A DNA stretch of 64,000 nt from Mytilus edulis (lineage: Eukaryota). Below are positions 39,818 to 51,200 of the stretch, piece after piece. The stretch lies in NCBI RefSeq assembly GCF_963676685.1, contig NC_092351.1, positions 13,268,001-13,332,000 on the forward strand, written 5' to 3'. The notes below the pieces were generated by a model, which had not been told where the DNA came from, did no database searches, and saw only the letters and a list, made by a program, of their open reading frames with translations. Each line of letters starts with the position of its first letter. Position 1 is the first letter of the stretch. A program made the translations under genes and the position numbers.

Positions 39818-40645
39818 TGTTTACCCCTAAAAATTTACTATATGAGTAAGAGAAACTGGTACATCTAGGAAAGTTTTAAGGCATGACAGATATATATATA
39901 ATAGTTATATAAAGTAAACGTTTCAGAAAATTATAAACTTTACTAGATTTTGGTTTCCAGTTTTTTTCGTTCAGGCAGAAGGTGCCAAAATAAACTAAGT
40001 CGGAAAGAGGTTTGAGAATATCCCCTTATATAATACATGTTGTGAGTAATATTGATTTAAATGGACAATTGACATCTGCAGACAACAGGTGATTTAAACT
40101 GTGTAAATGATTTGACCTATGAAACGAAACTCATGTGTTTGTTTATTTTGCTATCTTCTGCAGACTGGAAAAAACTTGGACATCAAAATCCAGGTAAGGT
40201 TTTAATTTTCTGGATTGAGGATTTCATATTTTTAAGCCCAGGATTTGGGATAGAGGATTTTATAATTTATAGCTCGGTATTTTAGGATCAGGACCCCTCC
40301 GATTCTCCCTCTTTACACATGCATGTCAAAATCAGCAATTTTTTTTAAGGTCTAAAAGATCTTTTAAGTGAAATATTTCAGAATATGAGTGCGAAGAGAT
40401 GATCACTAACTAATCCAATTTGTGATTTACCATTTGTTATTATAATTAGTTAAAAAAAAATGTATATGTAACAGATGACTGTAGTGGTAGCCTTAAGCCA
40501 CCTGATGAGTACCCTTGGCCGGGACGAAACAGTTTTACTAACATACCAAATTAAAGTTAACTGATATTTGAAGACTTTGAGATATTCATGTCAATCTGGT
40601 ACCAGTTACATGCTTATGCATGGCTCACCTGTTAATTTTTTTTTT

Positions 40646-40769
40646 TACTCAAATACTGTACTTAATATTTCAAGTTGTCAACTGCAGGTTATACATATAC
40701 ATATACATGTATATATATATGTATAACCTGCAGTTGACAACTTGAAATATTAAGTACAGTATTTGAGTA
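40646..40769. repeat. Perfect foldback inverted repeat, ~54-bp arms
   Basis: tactcaaatactgtacttaatatttcaagttgtcaactgcaggttatacatata and its exact reverse complement around a short (ta/ca) loop. Confidence 0.9.
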
Positions 40770-43113
40770 TATATATATATATAAGGTTGTTCTAAATCTT
40801 GTAGTTACATGTACATGTATCATATGTTCAAAAGTATTTGGTTTCGTCAAGAAGTAGTTTCTGATTCATTGAATGGTGCATGAATTTGATAAAATCTAGA
40901 TTCATAAATCATTATTCTTGATTGTTGGCTACACATGTATTTAATTTCTTCTGTTTCAGTTTCTAATAATTCTTGGTAGGTAGTTTAACTGTGCTCCTTT
41001 ATTCCACAGGGAAGACTGTTGACTGCAGGGAATGAGGAAAATATCCAAGATCTTAAGTGTGATATAGATACTTCAGATATATCCAATTGTAACTTAATAT
41101 TTGCTCATCCAGAAGCCTTCTTCTGTACTTCAGAAGGAAATGATCTTTTGGATTCCTCTAGGTATTAAACTATTTATATGCATGTATTAATTATATATAG
41201 AAAAAATAATCAAGAAATTAAAAAAAAAAGATTTTTGACTTATGCATCACTTCTTTCCCATGTTAAATTGTTCTTTAAAGCAATAATGCAATAAAAATGG
41301 AATGTTGATTTTGCAGTCTGGTTAAAATTAAGCAGTCCCTTAGAGTTTAGTTTTTCACATTTTTTTTCTGAAAACCACTTACATTGTTAAATTTTGCTAA
41401 CAAATAATGATAATGTTACTGAGAATTCTGATCTTAATATGAATTTAGAACAACGTTATGTGTGCATTTAAAATACATCCAAGTGGCCAAAACAGTCAAT
41501 AGTAAAATTCCATGTTTTTTTTACTTTATATTTCTTGTAGTTTCAAATCTTCAGTGAAGGCAATTTTTATTGACGAATGTCATAAAGTTGCAGATTGGTA
41601 CGTTTCAGCTCTAGTTGTATTTTAATTTCAGATTCAGTTTGACAACTTTTTTCTGTTGGACAATAGCAAAATGTATTGAATATATGAATAACTACTGGTA
41701 ACATTCCATACTTTTTAGGTGACCTTAATGGACATCTATTACACTTTATAAAACAATTTAAACGTAATTCTTTAAGCTTTTGTCCTGGTTGTGTGTTACC
41801 CCGTATATTGGTCAATAATTAACATAGTTTATATATTTTATCAAGCATTGGCCATTTCTTTGAAAGTAAAGTTTTTTTTCCAATTTTAAAAATCAATATT
41901 ACTTATATAACCTCAATAATATTTTGTTGTTTTGTTTTTTTATATTACCATTGATTTAAAGTTCACATTTTGACATGAATTTCTATCAGATTTTACTGAT
42001 ACTGTTTGAAATGTTTTAAACAGATAATGTAAGTATAAAAGAGAAAGCAAGGTATGTATTTCCATTTCTAATGTTAAGACTTACCAGTAATGTATATGTT
42101 TTTTGTATATTTATTACTTCTAGCAAAACTCCTTACAGTTGGCCTAATGGAATTTATCTGCAACATGTAGCAAGACATTTTTTGAACTTAACAATAAGTA
42201 AAATTGATCTTAGGTGACCAATTTTTTATTAATTTATTTTCAGTGCATATCTGCATTTTACATGTTTTAGCTTCTGGTTTAATTTCCTGTTTTCATCCAC
42301 TGTCAACTTCTATAATGCAGCTAGTATAAGCTTTTAATGTGTTTTTTTTAAAAGCTTTTTGTTAACATTTAGTAATTAATGCTTTTATCTTAATTTTTTA
42401 TTTACATTTTATCTCACCCTTACTAACAACATACATTATAAAGAAGTCTGTATCTATAGGGTAATACACTTTTGCTGTATGTTGGTTCAATTCCAACTGC
42501 GGACAAACAATGTATATTATTTCAGCTATTAACATTCCACTGTGAATGCATTTTTTTCCAATTATCTGTGACCTGTATTGTTTTTGAAATATATTATTCA
42601 TTCTTGGATTATTAGATTCAGTGGTTTTCTTTCAAATTTATTTCATGTAGATAACTAAAATTATAACAAATACAGAACACAAATTTTAAGACCATATTTA
42701 ATAAAATCAGAGTTTTTATTGGAAAAAATGATTTCATATTGCTTATATCCCTTTTATTTGGTGGTGGTGTATTTAACTTTATTTATTAAATGGTTATCAA
42801 AATGCATGATCATTACTTCTTTTTTTATGAATAGGGGGAAATCCTTCAGGAAAGCTTTTGAACACCTGAAAGAGCTTCCAGGATTTTTTCCAGGAGTACC
42901 AAGATTGGGACTTCATTTGCTAAAAGGTAAAGATTATGCTTAGTGTTGAAGGTATTTTGTATCTTAGTCAAATTATCTCTACCAATATAGTAGTCTCATT
43001 GAAAATCATGCAAAATCTCCATATTTCATATCAGAAATCATTTTGAGAAAATCTGACCTAAAAATGCTTGCAGAAAATTATGATGATCATCATGATGATG
43101 ATGTTAATAATAC

Positions 43114-46100
43114 CGTGTTTTCATTTCTTCAATAATGCTCATGAAGATGTCTTTTTCGCTAAGATCTGTCTGACTACAAGTCCTTAACATGCTTGGGTAG
43201 TCATATGCAGCATTACTCTTTAAATTGAGTAGTTTTAATATTTGTTTTGTTCTATCCTGACATAAAATATTGACGTCTTCATCATCTTCTTCATCCTCTT
43301 CTGTGTGCAAGTTACAGGAATATTCATGGTCATTTGAATCACTTGCATTGTGCCCTTTGTGGTTGATATATGAATGGTCACTGTAAAAATAAACATTTAA
43401 TGGTAGTAAAAGATATTTCATAGACATTGACTTAAGTCTTCAAGATTTGTATGAGAGTTGAGGATATATATGTTGAAAAATAGAAGTACTATTGCATATC
43501 AAATTTTCAAGATACTAAGCATTTACAAGATATGAAAGCATAAACTTTATTCAAACTCATAAATGATCTAGTTTAAGGTTATGTACAGTCTTTGACGTCA
43601 CGTTTAGCAATGACATTTATAGGCCAAAAATATTCATAAAGTTCCGCTGACTTTTTTTTTGTATGTCAAATTTATACATTTTTTCAACTTGTAACATATC
43701 TTATTTTTTAAATGTATTAGAACCAGAATATCAGTACTGTAGTTGAAGAGTTGACACTGTCAATTTTGATTTGACGGCAGCAAATATTGGTCGCCAATAA
43801 AACTGCATTTGTGACCGTCAAATCAACAATTAACGGTGACAACTCTTTAATAACAGTATCGTTATTCCTTATTTACAAATGCTTATCTGCTTTTTTCAAT
43901 TGATTGTACTTGCAAAAATTGTCTTTTGATTAAACAATAGAAATTACATGCCCACTCCTATTGGTGGTCAGACTGGACAAGCTGGAATTTTGCCCACCCA
44001 GTGCCAATTCCCACTGTGGAAGAGTGGACAAAGCAAAATCTACCCTGAGCTGTAGTGTGACCTAAACATATAGATGATATATACTTTGTAAAAGATCTTT
44101 TTACTCCTGATGATAGTATGCAATCCTCCTCTTGAATAACTGTGTCATTTATACTGAAAAAAGTTATATAAAACTGTTGATATGAATGTAACCACATGTG
44201 CATACTCATAATTCATTGTAATTTCACATTATGTAAAAAAGTACAAAATGATAGGTGATATTTTTTTTCTTCAGATTCCCATAAATGATAAATATTCCAT
44301 TTTTCCTACAATTATTCTTTGTGCCTGGTACTTTTTTGCAAGTTGGTTGCTTTTCAGACTACATTTTAAACAATCAACTATAATTATTATATTCATGTTC
44401 ATATTCATATATACATTGGTGTTTCAATAACTTTGTTATTTATGTATGTCACAGGATATGGATCTATTGCTTCTAAATGATTTTTTTAATTGGGGGAAGC
44501 TATCTCATTGACATGTAGACCATATTTTTTTGTCATGTGCATAATGTACTGTGTACTGTAACACCTATGTCCCTGGTTACATTTTCAACCCAACCACATT
44601 CTGTTTGAATTTTCCTGTCCCAAGCCAAGATCCTGTAATTTAAATGAGGCTGTTTGTTGCTGTGCTCCATAATTGTTTTTCATCTATTTTTTGCACTTTG
44701 ATTAGGCCATAAGTTTTGTCAATTGAATTGTTTACATTTGTGATTACTTTGTCTTTTTTTAGCTGACTAAGCCATAACAGTTTTTATCGTTGTTAAAGAC
44801 TTGACAGTAACCTATAGCTGTGATTTCTTTTGTGTCAATCTGTCTCTTGTGGAAAGTTGTCTCATACATGTCATATTGGCAATAATACCACATCTTCTTT
44901 TAATATAATATGAAATGTGTTGACATCACTTATTCTAAAGTTCCTACAGATAATTACTTACTCTGATTTGTCTATACTGCCAGCATCCCCTGCAGGACCA
45001 ACTGTATGTGATAGACCAGGTTCTAGACTTCAAACAAATATATTTGTATTACTTTTTGAACAAATTCTCTGTTTATTTGTTTTGAGCAGTCCATAACCCT
45101 TCCCATACATGGTATTTTGTATATATATTGTTGTGAGCGGCACAGTACATTCTATTGAAAACTACTCTATCACATCATAGTACAAAATAAATATGGAATT
45201 TATCAAAATTTTCAAGCACTTGACTAGATACATATATTTGTACAGCCAAATTAATCAAATGTACATTGTATTATGCAAATGCCATTATTAAAAATTATTC
45301 CAAGTTTAAACTATAGCCTGTTATAAGGCCAAAGAAAAATATATGTGTGGTTCCAGTAACCCTACCGTCCCTACTTTTTTGGCTTGAAAATAGCCTACCC
45401 TAAAGATTTTATTGTCATTTTTCATTAAGCACTGTTAAAGTCAGAATGTTGCTCACATACATGCCATAGACTCAATGTAAAAAAAACACCATAAAATAAA
45501 AAAAAAATCCCTAACTACCTACCCTAACTTTTTTTCAGATGTAACTGGAACCACACATACTTTTTCATTTGGCCTAAGTAGATTTTTGTAAGTAGAGCCA
45601 TCTTAACCATAGCATATGTAATTATATATACATTATACAGCTTTCATTATATATGCCTTAGAATTAAACATGACAAAAAATGCAAAGGTGCATTCATTAT
45701 TCCAAAAGGTTTAATTAAATAAATATCCTATACTGTTTTAACTTTTAAAATTTTGAAAAATTTAAATAAAAAATCTCTTATACCTGTACTATGTTTATAA
45801 AAATGAATAATTAGCATTTAATGAATCACACAGTATACATATATAATAAAGGTAAGTTTCTGCCTTTGTTAGTCTTGTATTATTTTAATTTTAGTTTCTT
45901 GTGTACAATTTGGAAATTAGTATGGCGTTCATTATCACTGAACTAGTATATATTTGTTTAGGGGCCAGCTGAAGGACGCCTCCGGGTGCGGGAATTTCTC
46001 GCTACATTGAAGACCTGTTGGTGACTTTCTGCTGTTGTTTTTTATTTGGTCGGGTTGTTGTCTCTTTGACACATTCCCCATTTCCATTCTCAATTTTAAG

Positions 46101-47866
46101 TTACTTACTCAATGGAACCAAAGTGACCATTCCTTAAACAATCAATTATCTGTGGATCAGGTGAAATTCTAAAATCAGAATTAGAACTATGCAATTTATA
46201 TGACATGAACATGATGAAAGCACATAAGTATATACCAATATTTACCAGTTTACAATTGAATAATTATATAGTCCAACTGTATATATTGTTACATTGAGTG
46301 CTACCCAACATAATATTATCTTTAATATTCTACTGAGATCAATAAAGGTCTTATTTTATGTCTTATATTAAATAGCAGCTAAATAATCAAAAAGATTTCA
46401 ATCATGTCACTTAGTGTATCATTGGCAATGGAGACCAATTATCTAATATCAAACAAAGGTCAAAAGTACAAAAAGTGCAGTAAATGTTTGTTAATATTCA
46501 TAATATTTATTTTAGTATTTTCAAGTCTTTTTTTTGTGTAGTGGTAGCTGAATTGTTGACATGAACCCTTCCCCACATTTCATGCGTATTCATCAACTAT
46601 CTACACATACCCTGTGTCAGTAACCAATTGATTGACATGTTGTTCCTGAAACACAGCATGATCACTAAATGTATCAATTCTCTCAGTTCTACAAGAAAAT
46701 CAACAGATAAAGTACATGTAATTCATATGTCAATCAAGAGACGCCCCGAGGAGCAGTACAATTACAGTTTAAATTAAAGTGTACAAATAATTGTGTTGAT
46801 TTTTTTCATTGAAATTACAATACATGACAATAAAATTAAAACAATATTATATAAGAGAAGGGAGACAACAAATACAGTAAAAATTCTCAAAGATAATGAG
46901 TGAGTGAACACAATCAGTACCGTTTTATAATGAGAAGAAGAGCTGGACTACTCATGTGTTTATGCTTAATTTAACTCTTCTAGATTTTATTAAACTATCT
47001 ATTAATTTAATCATTATGTTATTAACAAATGGATCTTCATTATAAATATTTTTTGTATCTTTCAATTTTAACTGGAAGGAGAAATTAACATCAATAAGTT
47101 ACACAATCTTTTCATAGAGAAGTGAAGAAACAATGAAATCTTTAAAAAAAAATGTATTCTTGTTTAAATAGCTAGGAATGCCTAAATCGCTAACCTATAT
47201 AATATACTTAAACCTCCACTCAATTTTGGTCAGGAAAATAAGAAGTTCTGTTTGTCAAACATGCAAAATTGCAATGTTACAAAGAATGTGATTATAAGAA
47301 TATCAGTTACACCAAGTTGAAGAATAATTAATAATTATCTCAAGCTATGTTGTGTTCAATATTAAATAGAGATATCATAGCTACTGATAAATAACAGTCT
47401 TTAGTGGCTAGTTCATTGGTCAAACATGGTCCACTGCATGCACTATATATATATTTCTTACACCTTTTATTTGGCTTTTTTGATAAAAATTAAAAACTAA
47501 TTTTGGGGGTTATTCATATGGACTTCTTTTAACTTCAGAGGTCCAGATCATTATTATTTAATAAGACATGGTCATGGATTACAAATTCATGAAAGACATT
47601 TATGTATAATATATCTAGTGTACATGTATACGGAAATGTTCATTATGTAGACAATTTAAGCACTTGAGTTACCTGTATATGTTCTCACTCCACTCTTTCA
47701 ATTTCTTTAACGTACAATAGCAGGAGTTACACAATGTTTGTTTTTTGGTAGTTGGAATGTAAACTGATACAAAATTCTTTGTAAATTTGTCGAAAAAAGA
47801 AAAAAGGTCAGATTTCAAGGAATGAAATCTCCACGAATTTGTGGTATAACAAGCATTGCAAGACAT
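43114..47866 (-). pseudogene. N-terminal part of a spliced C2C2 zinc-finger, transposase-like gene of the TIR element; catalytic core deleted
   Basis: Exon 47673-47866 MSCNAC...LCNSCY (ZAD/THAP-like C2C2). Small exons at ~46611-46645, 46109-46168, 44962-45027, ~44043-44153 and 43114-43380 (DHSY, DHEY, acidic tract, FMSIIEEMKTR). No DDE residues visible. Confidence 0.5.
45327..45574. mobile_element. PIF/Harbinger-type MITE
   Basis: TAA|GGCCAAA ... TTTGGCC|TAA, with an extended imperfect TIR (atgtgtggttccag). Confidence 0.75.
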
Positions 47867-48202
47867 ATCAAATTATTTAAATTGAAGAAGAAATCCATAA
47901 AAAAAGTGAAATATGTATAAAAAACATCGCTACAGAAATAAAAATAATCCCTTTGCAGACTACTTTGTTTACATAATTTGACAGGAAATACAATCTATAA
48001 CAGAAGTGCGACAATCAGCTTTTATTTGATAAATATAAATTTTTTAAATAAATTTCATTAAAACTTTTGTTATTCTTTTAAAATTGAAGATTGATTGATA
48101 AATTTTGATAAAAAAAGTCATCATAGGCATTTAATTTTTGTTTAGAGATTGAGAAGAAAAAGTACGCAAAAAAAGGTATGGCAGAGGTCATATTGAGTGT
48201 AG

Positions 48203-51200
48203 GAGGGTGTTCATGTTCCAAAACGTTGGAACCAATCAGATTATTATTTACTTTATAAGCGTTGGTTTGATTCGTTGGGGGTGTGTCTTATAAATGTATG
48301 ACGAGTAGCCTCTGTATGAAGCATTGATCTCCTATGTGAAGGCATAGAAAGTGTACTATGGCGACCCGATGGCGGTAACAGAGAACAACAAAAACTATTT
48401 TGTAGCTTAATGCATGCAATACAACCTATCTGTCTGGTATTGGTAATACTTCTTTTTACCCATTCATGTAAAACATACTCTTTTTTGTCAAATAACACTT
48501 GAAATTAAATGAAGTTGCGGTGCATCGAAGGATCCAGCCTTCGGGGGACCGACTCCTGTCGTCCTGGTCGAAAATCGTCAAATTATTTTGATTGCTACCG
48601 AAAGAATATTCTTGTCATCTGTTTCACTAATAATATCTTAGAAATTAGGTGACTTACATGATGTCATTATACTCCTTCAAATGTCTTTAAATTTAAATGT
48701 CTTCTTATTTAAATTATTCAAAGGCCTTCAAATGCGGAACTAAATTCAATGAAATATTATGGGGGAGGGGTATCCAACCAGGTATCGGGATCGTTTGCCC
48801 TAGGTTCATTGCACGGAGTTTCTTCTCCCTGATACAGAGATCTCCATGGATGAAAATTGAACGATGGAGGAACTTTCACAATCATAAAATGTATCTACAC
48901 CGTACAGTGTAACGCGATCGAAAGTATTTCATCCCTCCATATAAGGATAGGTGAACATGCTAATTCATTGCTTATTTAAATTATATTTATTTGAATTTTC
49001 ATTATAAATACTATATATAGAAGTACATGTATATATTTTTTCAATAATTGCCGTTTGTAACCCTTCAAAGGCCAAGCCCTCATGCCCCCTCCATTTACCT
49101 TAGTCGAGCATGACCAATAGCTATCACGAAGGTCCCCATGTAGTTTTCTTGCTACTTTCGGTAATTGTTAAAAATCATGTGGAGCTTATTTTTTACGGAC
49201 ACTCAAATTCAGAAGTCATGAACCCATTACCGGTATGGCTGGTTTGCAGCAACGACAAAACGAGTAGTACGGGTAAAAGGGTCCGGTTATGTAAAAGGTT
49301 AAAAAGATTTGTAAAGCAAACGTTGTCAAATGAAAAGGTTTTTAATTACTTTATCTAGCAAATCCATGCTATGCAACATGCATCTTTCGAGTTTAAATAG
49401 AAACCGGAAATGCGGATATTTCAATTTGATTGTAAACTACAAAATGAATTTGGAACTACGATACAATATTTCTTTGCAGGAAATTAAAGGGGCACTAGCT
49501 ACGAGATATATAAAAAATCTAAAGTTTGATTTTTTTGGTTCAATCAATAATGAAAGTGAAATAGTGAAATAACAATTTGCTTTTTGCAGCCAAAAAGGTT
49601 AAATTTTGTCAAATTACGCTAAGAAACATTGATAATTAGTAATTCACTTGCAAGTGAATGAGTCGACCTCTTTTTAATCCGTATTCATGTGAACTTCAAT
49701 TTAACCCCATGCTAGAGATTGACAACTAATGCATTGTACGTGTACTGGTTATTTAAAGAAAAAGAATGTCAACAATAAAAGTGAAACTACGGTAAATCAT
49801 TTGATTATTAATTCGATGCACATAAAATCATTCATATACGGTTAAAAGCAATGAGAACCATCTATTTTTAATCTATAAAATAAAATCAAACACACCTATA
49901 AAAATCTAATTGCACGTGTTGTTTTAATCTTTTCATATCTTTATTTATGTTTACATCGCTTATATGGTCATATTAGGTCAAATCGATAGTTAATTAGATG
50001 GCGTCTGGACTAAAATACACACGAAACGAATCTAAATATTATCTACCCCATGCTCTGTTAACTGTTTATTTTAGACTTTTGATAGTTTGGATAAATGTTT
50101 TACATAGTTATAAATCAAATATGAGAATTTGAGTCAAATCGGTGACCATGAATTTGACAGCTAATGCCCCTTTAAAAGTTTTTACTTTTTAACTTTTAAA
50201 GTAATTCTATATTATCGTTACAATACCGCAGTACTCGAGTTATTTGCAATGAAATAATAATTACTGTTTTACGTCTTATTTTGTACTTCTTAAAAAGGGG
50301 GATGCTGATAGCGTAACTAAGTCAAAATAAAAGCATGTGATAGTCCGTTCGCCCTATTTTCATGTATGATATGTATATGATACATTAATGAACGAGATAT
50401 ATATATTTTATATCCATTAAAATTAAATACAGAATACTTGCTAAATTTATATAAATTAAATAAAATTCTTGGCTGCATTGTTACACTTTAATTTATAATT
50501 AAATTCTGAGAAACTTATTTCCTAGTAAGGTAATTGCATACAGATACAAACTTAGTCATCAATGAATTGTCATGTCATGGTTTCTTTTATACACATTAAA
50601 CATGCCACCAAGGACCTATACATACAATTTATGTTATTAACACATCATGGACCATAATAAAACAGAAGACCTATGTAGCTATTATCAACACATCATGGGC
50701 TCTTAAACTACAATGAAACAGAAGACCATGGATCAATTAGACACACCATAATCTCTTTTATACATATAACCCATGAGACCATGGACTTATAATTAACACA
50801 TCTATTAACACATGACACCATAGACATAATTCATGTTATTAACACATCATGGACTCTTATACCACAATAAAGATAGACCCTGGACCAATTAGACTCAAAA
50901 ACATGCCATGGTCTCATATTACGCATATTACACATGAGACCAAGGACCTATTCATGTACATGCTATATATCTGTCATAAGCATATCATTTAAACCACAAA
51001 TAAACATAAGATCCTGGACCACACAAAACTGTAAATGGCATGCCATGGTCTCATTAATGCATATTACACGTGAGACCTTGGACCTAAACATATCTCGGAC
51101 TTTTAAACCACAAAGAAACATGAGACTAAGGACCAAATAGACAGTAAATAACATGCTATGGTCTCATTAATACATATTACACATGAGACCATGGACCTAT

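Larger units (their letters stand above)
38770..42913 (+). pseudogene. RecQ-family SF2 helicase (transposon type), N-terminal ~190 aa only, truncated at motif III
   Basis: Exons 38770-39051 (LKPKQ motif 0; AILPTGYGKSLIYQ Walker A; FSPLSVIQEEQ motif Ia), 41010-41161 (LIFAHPEA), 41541-41597 (IFIDECH Walker B) and 42835-~42913 (WGKSFRKAF aromatic loop, PGVPRLGL). Splice phases are compatible with no stops. The expected S/T-A-T motif III and the second RecA domain are absent. Confidence 0.9.
38662..48202. mobile_element. Internally deleted AcademH-like DNA transposon (RecQ helicase plus convergent transposase-like gene)
   Basis: 27-bp inverted repeats CTACACTTAATATGACCTCTGCCATAC (38662-38688) and GTATGGCAGAGGTCATATTGAGTGTAG (48176-48202), one mismatch. 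A gene starts just inside each end and reads inward. No TSD, because the right flank is the duplication junction. Superfamily assignment is inferred from the RecQ cargo and gene layout. Confidence 0.75.

Noticed and set aside
40164-40193. 30-bp mini-exon in RecQ intron 1 (cag|ACTGG...CCAG|gtaagg)
   Set aside because: It has good splice signals and preserves frame, but exons 1 and 2 already join in phase and nothing supports its inclusion without transcript data.
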